From contig CAVXWP010000001.1 of assembly GCA_963765495.1 (NCBI GenBank), forward strand, positions 416,001 through 480,000: DNA of 64,000 nt. The letters are read 5' to 3'. This DNA comes from Blastocatellia bacterium (lineage in GTDB: Bacteria; Acidobacteriota; Blastocatellia; UBA7656). Every line of letters starts with the position of its first letter. The stretch's first letter is position 1. Both the position numbers and the translations under genes were made by a program. This document shows, piece after piece, positions 54,410-62,947 of this stretch. The notes beneath the pieces were generated by a model. It was not told where the DNA came from and did no database searches. It saw only the letters and a list, made by a program, of their open reading frames with translations.

Positions 54410-55375
54410 ATGCCGGATCTAAAAAAGCTATATGTTGGGCTGGATGTTGGGCGCACCATCCGAGGGGCGCTTGTCGATGAAGAGGGTCACATACTAAAAC
54501 GATGTCAAATAGTAACCGAGGTGAGCAACCCGCAGGTTTTTATTGATCAGCTTGTAGATGTTATCAACGGGCTGCGCGCCTCTGTAGAAACCGAAGGCAA
54601 GGTCTCTGCCGTGGGCATAGGATGGGCGGGCATGGTGAACCAGAAAGCTCAACGAGTCGAGGTTATGCCGAACCTTGTGGATATGTCGTCTTTTGCTCTA
54701 CACGAGGAACTAGAAAAGGCCACAAAACTGCCTGTCGTATTCGATAATGATGCCAACGTAGCTGCCTACGGCGAATGGCGATGTGGCGCGGCCCGAGGGT
54801 CGAGCGATGTCTTTTATGTCACTATGGGCACAGGCATAGGCGCGGCCTTGATTCTGGGGGGGCAACTCCAGAGAGGCACGCGCGGTTTTGCGGGCGAATT
54901 CGGACACTTCAAAATAGAGATGGATGGATTGGAATGCGCCTGCGGCTCAACGGGCTGTCTTGAGACGCTGGCCTCCGGCCCCAACATCGTACGGAGGGTG
55001 CGGGAACAGCTCTTCAGCGATCCTTCATATTCGATCTCGCATCTTGCTAAAGACATGGAAGGCACGCTGGTATGCGAACGGGTTTTTCAGGCCGCGAGCG
55101 AAGAAGATGAACTTGCGCGGTTAGTCCTCGAAGAGACCGGAAAGATACTGGGCACCGCTATAGCGAGCGTGATCAATCTGTTGAATGTGGAAGCAGTGGT
55201 TCTGGGCGGCGGCGTGATGGCCGAGGGAAAGTTGTTGCTTGAGCCTGTCAGAGAAGAGACTAAGAAACGTACCATGGCCCCCGCCTTTGAAAGCTGTCGT
55301 ATAATTGCTGCCGAACTGGGACAGGACGCGGGAATAATCGGCGCTGCGCTGCTGGCTTGTGATCTGCTGCAATGA
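54410..55375 (+). CDS. ROK family sugar kinase
   Basis: DNDAN.AA.GE, GTGIG, GEFGH, CACGSTGCLE, AGIIGAA; no N-terminal HTH. Confidence 0.9.
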   Translation: MPDLKKLYVGLDVGRTIRGALVDEEGHILKRCQIVTEVSNPQVFIDQLVDVINGLRASVETEGKVSAVGIGWAGMVNQKAQRVEVMPNLVDMSSFALHEELEKATKLPVVFDNDANVAAYGEWRCGAARGSSDVFYVTMGTGIGAALILGGQLQRGTRGFAGEFGHFKIEMDGLECACGSTGCLETLASGPNIVRRVREQLFSDPSYSISHLAKDMEGTLVCERVFQAASEEDELARLVLEETGKILGTAIASVINLLNVEAVVLGGGVMAEGKLLLEPVREETKKRTMAPAFESCRIIAAELGQDAGIIGAALLACDLLQ

Positions 55376-55497
55376 TGCGCGATCCGTGATCCGTGACCGG
55401 AGAATCGGGTTTTTGGCAGGATTTACAAGATTTACAATACTTGGGACATAGAGTTAAAGAATCCCGTTAATCCGGTTAAAGATTTTTTCACGGATCA
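55373..55497. repeat. Nested repeat: family A heptamer arms enclosing a family D nonamer element
   Basis: TGATGCGCGATCCGTGATCCGTGA...[CAGGATTTACAAGATTTAC...AATCCCGTTAATCCGGTT]...TCACGGATCA. Confidence 0.55.
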
Positions 55498-55512
55498 ACT
55501 TCATTCGTTGTT

Positions 55513-55941
55513 TTATTCTTTTCGCCTTATCTCCCTCAGACTGGCCTTATATTGATTGAAGGCGAACAGGTATTTATAAGTCCAGCTAAAGGCAATTTCG
55601 ACGGCGCGACGTGCTGTCTGGTTGGCCGCTATTATTCCTGCCGGCCCTTGCCGGAGAGCAGTCAGGATCGATCCCATTATTGATTGATAGCGTTTGTTGC
55701 TGCTCTCTTTTGCCACCTTCTCAATCAATTGCAAATCCGACTCGTTAAGTTCGCCTCCAATTGGCGAGCCGGTTACATCGCTTACAACCTGCATCCTTCC
55801 CGCCATTACATTTATCTGGTTGACAGGCAATTTTTCAATGAATTTACGGATTTCGGTTTCAGGGACCAGATAACCCTCGGAATAAGTAACAAATTCGGAT
55901 TTTGTTTTTGTGCCAGTATCCCTTTTTTCTGGTATACTCAT
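55513..55941 (-). CDS. Hypothetical 142-aa protein downstream of the TPR-RAPP gene
   Basis: Open frame MSIPEKRDTG...EIRRKE with GGAG 7 nt before ATG 55941; no family recognised. Confidence 0.6.
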   Translation of the reverse strand: MSIPEKRDTGTKTKSEFVTYSEGYLVPETEIRKFIEKLPVNQINVMAGRMQVVSDVTGSPIGGELNESDLQLIEKVAKESSNKRYQSIMGSILTALRQGPAGIIAANQTARRAVEIAFSWTYKYLFAFNQYKASLREIRRKE

Positions 55942-56005
55942 AGCCGTTCTCCGGTATGCAAGCGTGTTTTTGGACAAACCAATCCCTTTACACGGCTGTG
56001 TGCAG

Positions 56006-56047
56006 TTGAGCCCGGGTGGGTCATCGGGCAACGATGGCCCACCTCAA
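56006..56047 (-). promoter_or_regulatory. Stem-loop in the leader between the TPR gene and the downstream ORF
   Basis: mRNA GGUGGGCCAUCG-UUGCC-CGAUGACCCACC (11 of 12 pairs). Its 5' arm is also complementary to the RAPP codons. Confidence 0.55.
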
Positions 56048-56065
56048 GATATAGGTTTTGAAGGT

Positions 56066-57118
56066 TTACCGGTTTTTAATCCAAAGACATGAAGGTGGGG
56101 CGCGAGGTTGGATACTCTGACGCATCATTTCAAGAATGCGCCGGTTTACCTGATCGTCGGCGATTGCCACACACGGGGCAATCGTAAAAACTGATATTTG
56201 AAGATTAAATTTATCGCAGGCAGGCCAGGCAAAAACCAGGACCCTCACCGGCTTCAGGCTGGGCAGAGTTTGAGGCTGTGGCGAGGGAGCGATTTCAGGC
56301 GCGCGATTGAGAGCGATAAAGGAAGAAGAAGCGGCTTGCTGTTTAGCTGAGATCTCCTCACGAGTTTCAGCCCATTCGGGATAAGCAGCGGCAAAGGGAG
56401 ACCGCAGAGCGATTTCGCTAGCGGCCTGCGCTTCTGTGATGCGGCCGACTTCTGCAAGATCGACCGCAATCGCGTTATGGTAAACATAGAAATATAAAGG
56501 ATGCTGCTTGCTGACCAGCTGCATAAGAGGCGAAAGGTTTTCGAGATAGGCTATTGCTCCAAGATGATCGCCCTCTATGCTCTGGTGAAGCACTATATCC
56601 AAATGGGCCATCAGTATAGGAAGCCAATTTTGCCCATTTTTGGTTGATGCGATCTTTAGTGCTTCGAGATAACACCGCGATGACTCATCTACCTGACCTT
56701 GTTCGTAGTGTATTACTCCCAGCGATTGAATCGCTCGCGCCCTGTAGGCCAACGGCCCATTCTCTGCAACTTTTTCAAGCAGGAGTCGCGCTTCGCTTCT
56801 TTGCCCGCTCCGCTTGACGGCAAGAGCGTGATAGTACAAACCCGTCTGCCGCGCCGCTTCAATCGGCAGATTCATCAGCACCTGGCTTGCATTTTCAAGC
56901 GTTTCTAAATCACGCAGGCTGTAAGCATGTTCAGCGAATCGGGTAAATTTATCAGCAGTTTCATTGAATAATTGATGTGAGTTAAAAGTGTGAGCCAGTC
57001 GGCTCAAAATGGCGTGTTGAAACAATCCACCCCGGCCAGCCAAGCTTTCCAGGCCGGCAAATCCCAATTTGGAGGAAGTATTCGTGAGAAAACGACTTGT
57101 ATTTGCGGTTTTTTGCAT
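56066..57118 (-). CDS. TPR-repeat protein with Pro-rich linker and C-terminal RAPP motif
   Basis: TPR-like helices (YYHALAVKRSG..SEARLLLE; RAIQSLGVIHYEQGQVDES..CYLEAL; NAIAVDLAEVGRITEA), linker APEIAPSPQPQTLP, and end IQPRAPPSCLWIKNR. The exact start codon is uncertain. Confidence 0.75.
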   Translation of the reverse strand: MQKTANTSRFLTNTSSKLGFAGLESLAGRGGLFQHAILSRLAHTFNSHQLFNETADKFTRFAEHAYSLRDLETLENASQVLMNLPIEAARQTGLYYHALAVKRSGQRSEARLLLEKVAENGPLAYRARAIQSLGVIHYEQGQVDESSRCYLEALKIASTKNGQNWLPILMAHLDIVLHQSIEGDHLGAIAYLENLSPLMQLVSKQHPLYFYVYHNAIAVDLAEVGRITEAQAASEIALRSPFAAAYPEWAETREEISAKQQAASSSFIALNRAPEIAPSPQPQTLPSLKPVRVLVFAWPACDKFNLQISVFTIAPCVAIADDQVNRRILEMMRQSIQPRAPPSCLWIKNR

Positions 57119-57413
57119 CCTTGCTCTTCCGCTTCTGTTTTCGCCTTCTCAATTCGATAAACAGAACATCTCGACTCCATTCACCACTGTTGCATTAGCA
57201 GGCCACACCCTTGTTGGCGGCTACTGCGACTGTGGAACTATCGGTTGCATTTGTGGTCCAGGTGAAAATTCTACAAACATCAAAACGACTGATCTTTCCG
57301 ACACAAATTCGGATGCGAGGTCCAGCAATCAAACCAACACCGCTGGGGCCGATCTGGCATCAGGGATGCTGGCATTTGCTTCCGCTCTTCTCCTGTGGTT
57401 TAGAATGCGATAA
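57084..57413 (+). CDS. Small secreted Cys-rich protein with C-terminal membrane anchor
   Basis: GGAGG 8 nt before GTG 57084. Contains MRKR plus a hydrophobic stretch, VALA/GH, CDCGTIGCIC, an S/T/N-rich linker, then a TM helix and WFRMR tail. Confidence 0.75.
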   Translation: MRKRLVFAVFCILALPLLFSPSQFDKQNISTPFTTVALAGHTLVGGYCDCGTIGCICGPGENSTNIKTTDLSDTNSDARSSNQTNTAGADLASGMLAFASALLLWFRMR

Positions 57414-57850
57414 AACTCTCAGCATCTCAAGTCCGAATTGAATCAACACCGTTAGATTCGCCGCCCCGACAACTTTGGCGGCTTAGGATGAGTGTGGCCT
57501 CGTGACCTGCGCATTGTATCATAAAAATTCCAGGATGAAACGAATAATCTAGCTTACATATACAAAATATTGAAGACATTTGAATGAATGAATTGCATCG
57601 TAAATATTCGGTCATATTGCCATTTGCCGGACAGATTGGATGCCGAAATGGAGACTTTTGGGCACTCCACCTGACTGCGCGGCAAATCCAGGGACAAGGC
57701 ATATTCTTGCCTGAATCAAGACGGTCGTCCGGGGGGCAATTCGGTGAGCCACTATAAAATGGATTCATTGCGACTGCCCCTATACTCTTGAAAAAGCTCT
57801 GCATTTGCGGTATAAGCAGTGGTTGCAAATCCCAGATCAAGTTCAGTTAT

Positions 57851-59668
57851 ATGCTTATGCGCAAAATTCAGCTTTTAATCATTACCCTCGCAATTTGCCT
57901 ACCCTCCCTCACAATGCAAATACCCGTCTCTGCTTCAAAGCATAAGCGAAACCCTTCCGCTTATGCTCCCGGAGAAGTAATAGTCAAGCTCAAGCAAGGA
58001 ATCGATTCCTTCACCTTGGCCGATAAGGAGCGGCACAATCGAGCGCTCGCCCGCTCGATTGGAGAGACAAACGGGAGGCTGCGGGATGAAGATATTGTGC
58101 CGATGGCCGTCCGTCCGAATCAAGATGCGAATCGAGATGCGAATCGAGATGCGAATCTTGATCGGATAGACGAGATCATATCGCGGCGCGGGCTGGATCG
58201 CACCTTTGTACTGCATTTTGATCGGAACGCCGATATTGATTCAATAATCGAGCGGCTTCGCGCCGATGACCGCGTAGAGTACGCAACGCCGAATTACCGT
58301 GTAACTCCGGGCTCGCTGCGACCGGATGACCCCGCCTTTATAAGGCAATGGGCGCTTTTGAACCTCGGTGCATTCGATAATCGAATCACAAAGGCTCAGG
58401 CTGATATCAAGGCGCTTGAGGCGTGGGACATAACTACGGGTAACCCCGATCTTATAGTGGCCATTAGCGACTCGGGCGTCGACATAGATCATCCTGATCT
58501 CGCGCCGAACATTTATACCAATCCCAAAGAAATCCCCGGCAACGGAATAGATGACGACAATAATGGATATATTGATGACGTGCATGGCGCAAATGTGGTG
58601 ACTCGCGACGGCGATGTCAGGGATGTATATGGCCACGGGACGTTCATGGCCGGCATAATTGCCGCGCGTATGAATAATAATGTCGGCATAAGCGGCGTTG
58701 CGCAGATAAAGATATTGCCGGTCAATTTTTTCACTACAGAGGATGACGGATTCCCTGTGGCGACTATGGCTGATGCGGCGCGCTCGCTGCTCTATTCGAT
58801 AGCCGCCGGAGCCTCGATCATCAATGCAAGCTGGAGCTCGGAACTCTACACGGCAGGCGAAGAAGCGGTGCCGCCGGAAGACGCTCAGGCGCTAAAGGAT
58901 GCGGTCCTTGCAACCAATGATGCGGGAGTGCTGCTTGTGTGCATAGCAGGCAATAAAGGTTACGATAACGACAAGAGCCTGCTTTACCCGGGCGCTTACA
59001 AGCTGCCTAATCAAATAGTTGTGGCCGCCACAGACTACAACGACAAGATATGGGCAGACTACTTCGGAAACTTCCTTATAACAGGCTTCGGCCAGACGAG
59101 CGTGCATCTGGCTGCGCCCGGTGTTTCGATACTCACAACCTCGGCACGCGGATCGTGTCTGCTCTGTTCGCTTTCGGATGACCCTGACGACTGGTACGCG
59201 CTCGTAGACGGAACATCTGCCTCCGCCGCATTCGTAACGGGTGTCGCGGCGCTGGTAAAATCGAAGTACCCCGAAGACCTCGCACCCGTCATAAAGAGCC
59301 GGATACTCGGCGGTGTTGATCAACTCGACACTCTCTATGACCGCGAAGGACACCCCTACGTAGCAACCGCAGGCCGTCTGAACGCATTCGGCGCGCTGAT
59401 GTTTCAGCCCGCAATAACGCCGCCCGTGCTTACCCGCGTGAAGTACAAAAAGGGATCAGGAAAGCTGCTCTTATATGGAGAGGCTCTACAGGAAGGCGTC
59501 GTTGCCGTTGTAGGAAACATCGTCTATCCGATAAAGCCTAAGAGCCCTGACCTGTCGGTCGTGCTGGCTCGCGTGCCAAACGATAAATTTCCTGTGGGGG
59601 TCCCGGTTTCGATCACTCTGCGCAATCCTGACGGCGGAATCAGCCAGATCGTGACCTTTACGCGCTGA
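57851..59668 (+). CDS. Secreted S8 subtilase with C-terminal Ig-like domain
   Basis: Signal peptide, PGEVIVK prodomain, SDSGVD..HPDL, GIDDDNNGYIDD, GHGT, AGN and DGTSASA. Confidence 0.9.
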   Translation: MLMRKIQLLIITLAICLPSLTMQIPVSASKHKRNPSAYAPGEVIVKLKQGIDSFTLADKERHNRALARSIGETNGRLRDEDIVPMAVRPNQDANRDANRDANLDRIDEIISRRGLDRTFVLHFDRNADIDSIIERLRADDRVEYATPNYRVTPGSLRPDDPAFIRQWALLNLGAFDNRITKAQADIKALEAWDITTGNPDLIVAISDSGVDIDHPDLAPNIYTNPKEIPGNGIDDDNNGYIDDVHGANVVTRDGDVRDVYGHGTFMAGIIAARMNNNVGISGVAQIKILPVNFFTTEDDGFPVATMADAARSLLYSIAAGASIINASWSSELYTAGEEAVPPEDAQALKDAVLATNDAGVLLVCIAGNKGYDNDKSLLYPGAYKLPNQIVVAATDYNDKIWADYFGNFLITGFGQTSVHLAAPGVSILTTSARGSCLLCSLSDDPDDWYALVDGTSASAAFVTGVAALVKSKYPEDLAPVIKSRILGGVDQLDTLYDREGHPYVATAGRLNAFGALMFQPAITPPVLTRVKYKKGSGKLLLYGEALQEGVVAVVGNIVYPIKPKSPDLSVVLARVPNDKFPVGVPVSITLRNPDGGISQIVTFTR

Positions 59669-59785
59669 GTCGCTTGCGGGCCGGTTCTTATTGGGAGATA
59701 ATGACCCGATTCGGGAGCGTCCGCTGTTTTTGTTGGCTCGTCATAACCCGATACTTGTTCATTTCTGGAATATTTTCAACCGAGG

Positions 59786-61861
59786 ATGACCGATATCAGA
59801 CAGACACTTTCACTGGAGCGTAAGCTGAGAATGTACGAGGCTCGTGAGGCGATTTTGAGCCGCGTCGGGTCGGAAACTTATTCCGTTATTGATCTGGACC
59901 ACTTCCTGCAAGGGACCGTAACCGAAGTCGGAAAGATGATGGAGGTGGACCGCTGCAACGTCATGACGCTTACGGCCGAAGGCCGCCTTCGCATTACCCA
60001 CGAATATCGCGCGGAGGCCGACGATATTCCTCTGCCTTCCTCAATCGATCTTGAAGTGCCGTTTGATTTGAACCGCCTGCAGGAAAACATGGACATCTAT
60101 AATCCGCAGGTGGTCGAAGACACCTCTTCGGGCGAATTGCCTCACGTAATACATATGCTGGCCGAGCAACTCGGAAGCAAGTCAATACTGATCGTGCCGA
60201 TCATGTCAAACTGGGAGTTGCTCGGCATGATAGGTCTGCATCACTGCCGCCGCAATTATCACTGGAACGAAGACGAAATAGACTTTACGCGCAGTCTGGC
60301 GCAGCAGGTAGCCATAGGCTATCGCTACACTCATATCTACAGCGAAAAGGAGAAAGAGGCGCGGATAAACAAGGCGCTTCTCGAAATCGCAAACGACATA
60401 AATACGGGGTCGGATTCTTCCGAGCTTACGGCGCGCATTCTCGACCGCTCTCTGGATTTGCTCCGGCTCCAGGCGGCCTGTCTTGCCATACTCGACGCAA
60501 ACAGCAGCGACATACACTTCACAAACCTGCGTACGGCCCCGGGCGTCAGCACCCAGATACTCAAGCAGCCGTCGCTTAAGATTCCCATCCAGGTGATGCT
60601 GCCAAAGACCATCGAGCACGGGCAGATGCTCAGGATACTCAGCCCGGACCAGAACGATTACACGCGGGTCTTTTTGACGGAGGTCGTCGCTTCGGGCGCG
60701 GCCATAATCGCCCCGATAATAATAGACGACCGTGTTTTCGGCGCGCTCATACTGCTTTGGGAACAGCCCAAAACCCATTTCACACGCGACGAAACGGCGC
60801 TCGCCCTGGGGATAGCCGACCAGCTTGCCATAGCGCTTTCAAAGGCCAGTCTGTCTGCCGAGGTTCTGAGGCTGCGGCGCGAGCTTGAACACGTCCACAC
60901 AGGCCACGATGCCGGTTTTATCGGCAAAAGCGATAACGTAGTCCGATGCGTGGAGATGGCGCTTTACGTGGCCGATAGTTCGACAACCGTCCTGCTTCAG
61001 GGTGAGTCGGGAACCGGCAAAGAATTGCTGGCCGATTTTATTCAGTCGCGCTCCTCGCGCGCCGATAAGCCTTACATACGAATCAACTGCGGGGCCATCC
61101 CTGAAAACCTGCTGGAAAGCGAACTGTTCGGACACGAGAAGGGCGCCTTCACCGATGCGCGCAATCGTAGGATAGGCAAGTTCGAAGAGGCAAACAACGG
61201 CACCCTCTTTCTAGATGAAGTCGGAGAGATGACATTGTCGGCGCAGGTCCGGCTGCTTCGCGTGCTGCAAAACGGAGAGATAGCCCGCGTGGGCGGCAAC
61301 GAGATTATTAAAACCGATGTTCGCGTGATAGCCGCTTCCAATATCAACCTCGAACGCGCGGTCAGCGAAGGCCGCTTCCGCCGCGATCTCTTCTATCGCC
61401 TCAACGTCTACCCGATTTCGCTTCCGCCGCTCAGGGAGCGGCGCGAAGATATACCGCTACTTGCGCTTCATTTTCTTGAAATCTATAAGAAACGCTCCAA
61501 CAAAAACATCACCGGCCTCACTGAAAAAGTGCTCGCCCGATTGCGCCGCTATGATTGGCCCGGCAATGTGCGCGAACTTGAGAACGCCATCGAGCGCGCC
61601 GTGATAATCGCTCAGGGGCAGCTTATTACCGTAGACGATCTGCCCGATGCAGTGCGCGGTGCCGAGAGCGAAGCCGACGCCCCTCGCACGCTCGAAGTGG
61701 AGATCGGAAACTCGATAAGCGAGATTGAAAAGCGCGTGATAATGGAGACACTCAGTCACACTCGCGGCGACAAATCGCGCGCCGCTCAGATACTGGGCAT
61801 AGGACGAAAAACGCTCTATCGCAAACTTCAACAATACGATCAGGACACCAATCGAAAATAA
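59786..61861 (+). CDS. Sigma-54-dependent enhancer-binding protein (2xGAF-AAA+-Fis HTH)
   Basis: GESGTGKE, ESELFGHEKGAFTDA, LFLDEVGE, FRRDLFYRLNV, WPGNVRELEN, AAQILGIGRKTLYRKL. Confidence 0.94.
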   Translation: MTDIRQTLSLERKLRMYEAREAILSRVGSETYSVIDLDHFLQGTVTEVGKMMEVDRCNVMTLTAEGRLRITHEYRAEADDIPLPSSIDLEVPFDLNRLQENMDIYNPQVVEDTSSGELPHVIHMLAEQLGSKSILIVPIMSNWELLGMIGLHHCRRNYHWNEDEIDFTRSLAQQVAIGYRYTHIYSEKEKEARINKALLEIANDINTGSDSSELTARILDRSLDLLRLQAACLAILDANSSDIHFTNLRTAPGVSTQILKQPSLKIPIQVMLPKTIEHGQMLRILSPDQNDYTRVFLTEVVASGAAIIAPIIIDDRVFGALILLWEQPKTHFTRDETALALGIADQLAIALSKASLSAEVLRLRRELEHVHTGHDAGFIGKSDNVVRCVEMALYVADSSTTVLLQGESGTGKELLADFIQSRSSRADKPYIRINCGAIPENLLESELFGHEKGAFTDARNRRIGKFEEANNGTLFLDEVGEMTLSAQVRLLRVLQNGEIARVGGNEIIKTDVRVIAASNINLERAVSEGRFRRDLFYRLNVYPISLPPLRERREDIPLLALHFLEIYKKRSNKNITGLTEKVLARLRRYDWPGNVRELENAIERAVIIAQGQLITVDDLPDAVRGAESEADAPRTLEVEIGNSISEIEKRVIMETLSHTRGDKSRAAQILGIGRKTLYRKLQQYDQDTNRK

Positions 61862-61884
61862 CTTTCTAAAGCGAGGTATACCCG

Positions 61885-62628
61885 ATGAAAAGAGTCTCGA
61901 ATTTCAGTATGGTTTTAATTCTCTTTGTTGCTGCTCTCTCTTTTGGGCTCGATACGGTAAAAGCGCAGGAGGGGGCAAAGATCGCTGGCAGCTGGGATTT
62001 CACAGTGGAATCACCGCAGGGCACTTTTCCCTCGCTGCTAGTAATAACGCAGGAAGGCGATAAGCTCACGGGCGCGATGAAAAGCACGCGCGGCGAGCGC
62101 GCCCTCGACAAAGTCGCTATAAACGGCGACGATGTAACTCTTGCAATCACGATCCAGTTTCAGGGATCGGATATGGTAATCACATACACGGGCAAGCTGG
62201 ACGGCGATTCGATGAAGGGCGAAGCCGATTTCGGCGGGCTCGCAACGGGCGACTGGTCGGCCGTGCGCCACAAGGGAGATATGGCCGCCTCCGCTTCTGC
62301 GCCTGCTACAGGCGCGACCAGCGCCGCTGCCAATATCAGCGGCGTGTGGGCCTTTACCGTCCAGACTCAGATGGGAACCGGCACGCCTACCTTCACCTTC
62401 GAGCAGAAAGGCGAAGAGTTGACCGGCAAATACAGCGGCCAGTTGGGAGAAGCCCCGCTCAAGGGAATGATAAAGGGGACGGACGTAAACTTTTCAATCA
62501 AGGTAAATGTTCAGGGTGAAAACCTTGAAGTTACCTACACTGGAAAGGTCGAAGGCTCGGATCAGATGAAGGGGACCGCCAAATTTGGTGGGCTCGGAGA
62601 AGGCACCTGGACGGCTAAAAGAAAATAA
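61885..62628 (+). CDS. Secreted protein with two repeated ~95-aa beta-rich domains
   Basis: Signal peptide; IAGSWDFTV..TYTGKLDGDSMKG..DFGGL..GDWSA and ISGVWAFTV..TYTGKVEG.DQMKG..KFGGL.EGTWTA. Confidence 0.75.
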   Translation: MKRVSNFSMVLILFVAALSFGLDTVKAQEGAKIAGSWDFTVESPQGTFPSLLVITQEGDKLTGAMKSTRGERALDKVAINGDDVTLAITIQFQGSDMVITYTGKLDGDSMKGEADFGGLATGDWSAVRHKGDMAASASAPATGATSAAANISGVWAFTVQTQMGTGTPTFTFEQKGEELTGKYSGQLGEAPLKGMIKGTDVNFSIKVNVQGENLEVTYTGKVEGSDQMKGTAKFGGLGEGTWTAKRK

Positions 62629-62947
62629 TAGGTTTTGCCCCATCCGCCTCAGATAGTTATTTGCGATTGGCATCAGGCCGAATCATATTTGTTCAGAAAT
62701 GAAATATACATGCCACAGAGAGACAAAGGCGCAGAGTTTTTATAAGACGGTTTCTATGCCTGCCGCGCCTCTGTGGTCGTTCTGAACTCATAGGCCGAAT
62801 TTTCTATTTACTCAGGCTATTCACCGATATTTGCGGAAGCGGCCCTTTCCGTAAACCGGCGGGATAGCTTCTTTCATAATCAGGCCGAAACCGGCTATCT
62901 TCCAGCCCGCTGCCGCGCATCTTGCGGGTTGCCTGTAGAGGTGTCAC

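Noticed and set aside
57427-57840. 137-aa minus-strand ORF in the AT-rich spacer
   Set aside because: Composition is atypical, no family is recognisable, and it overlaps the likely promoter region of the subtilase.
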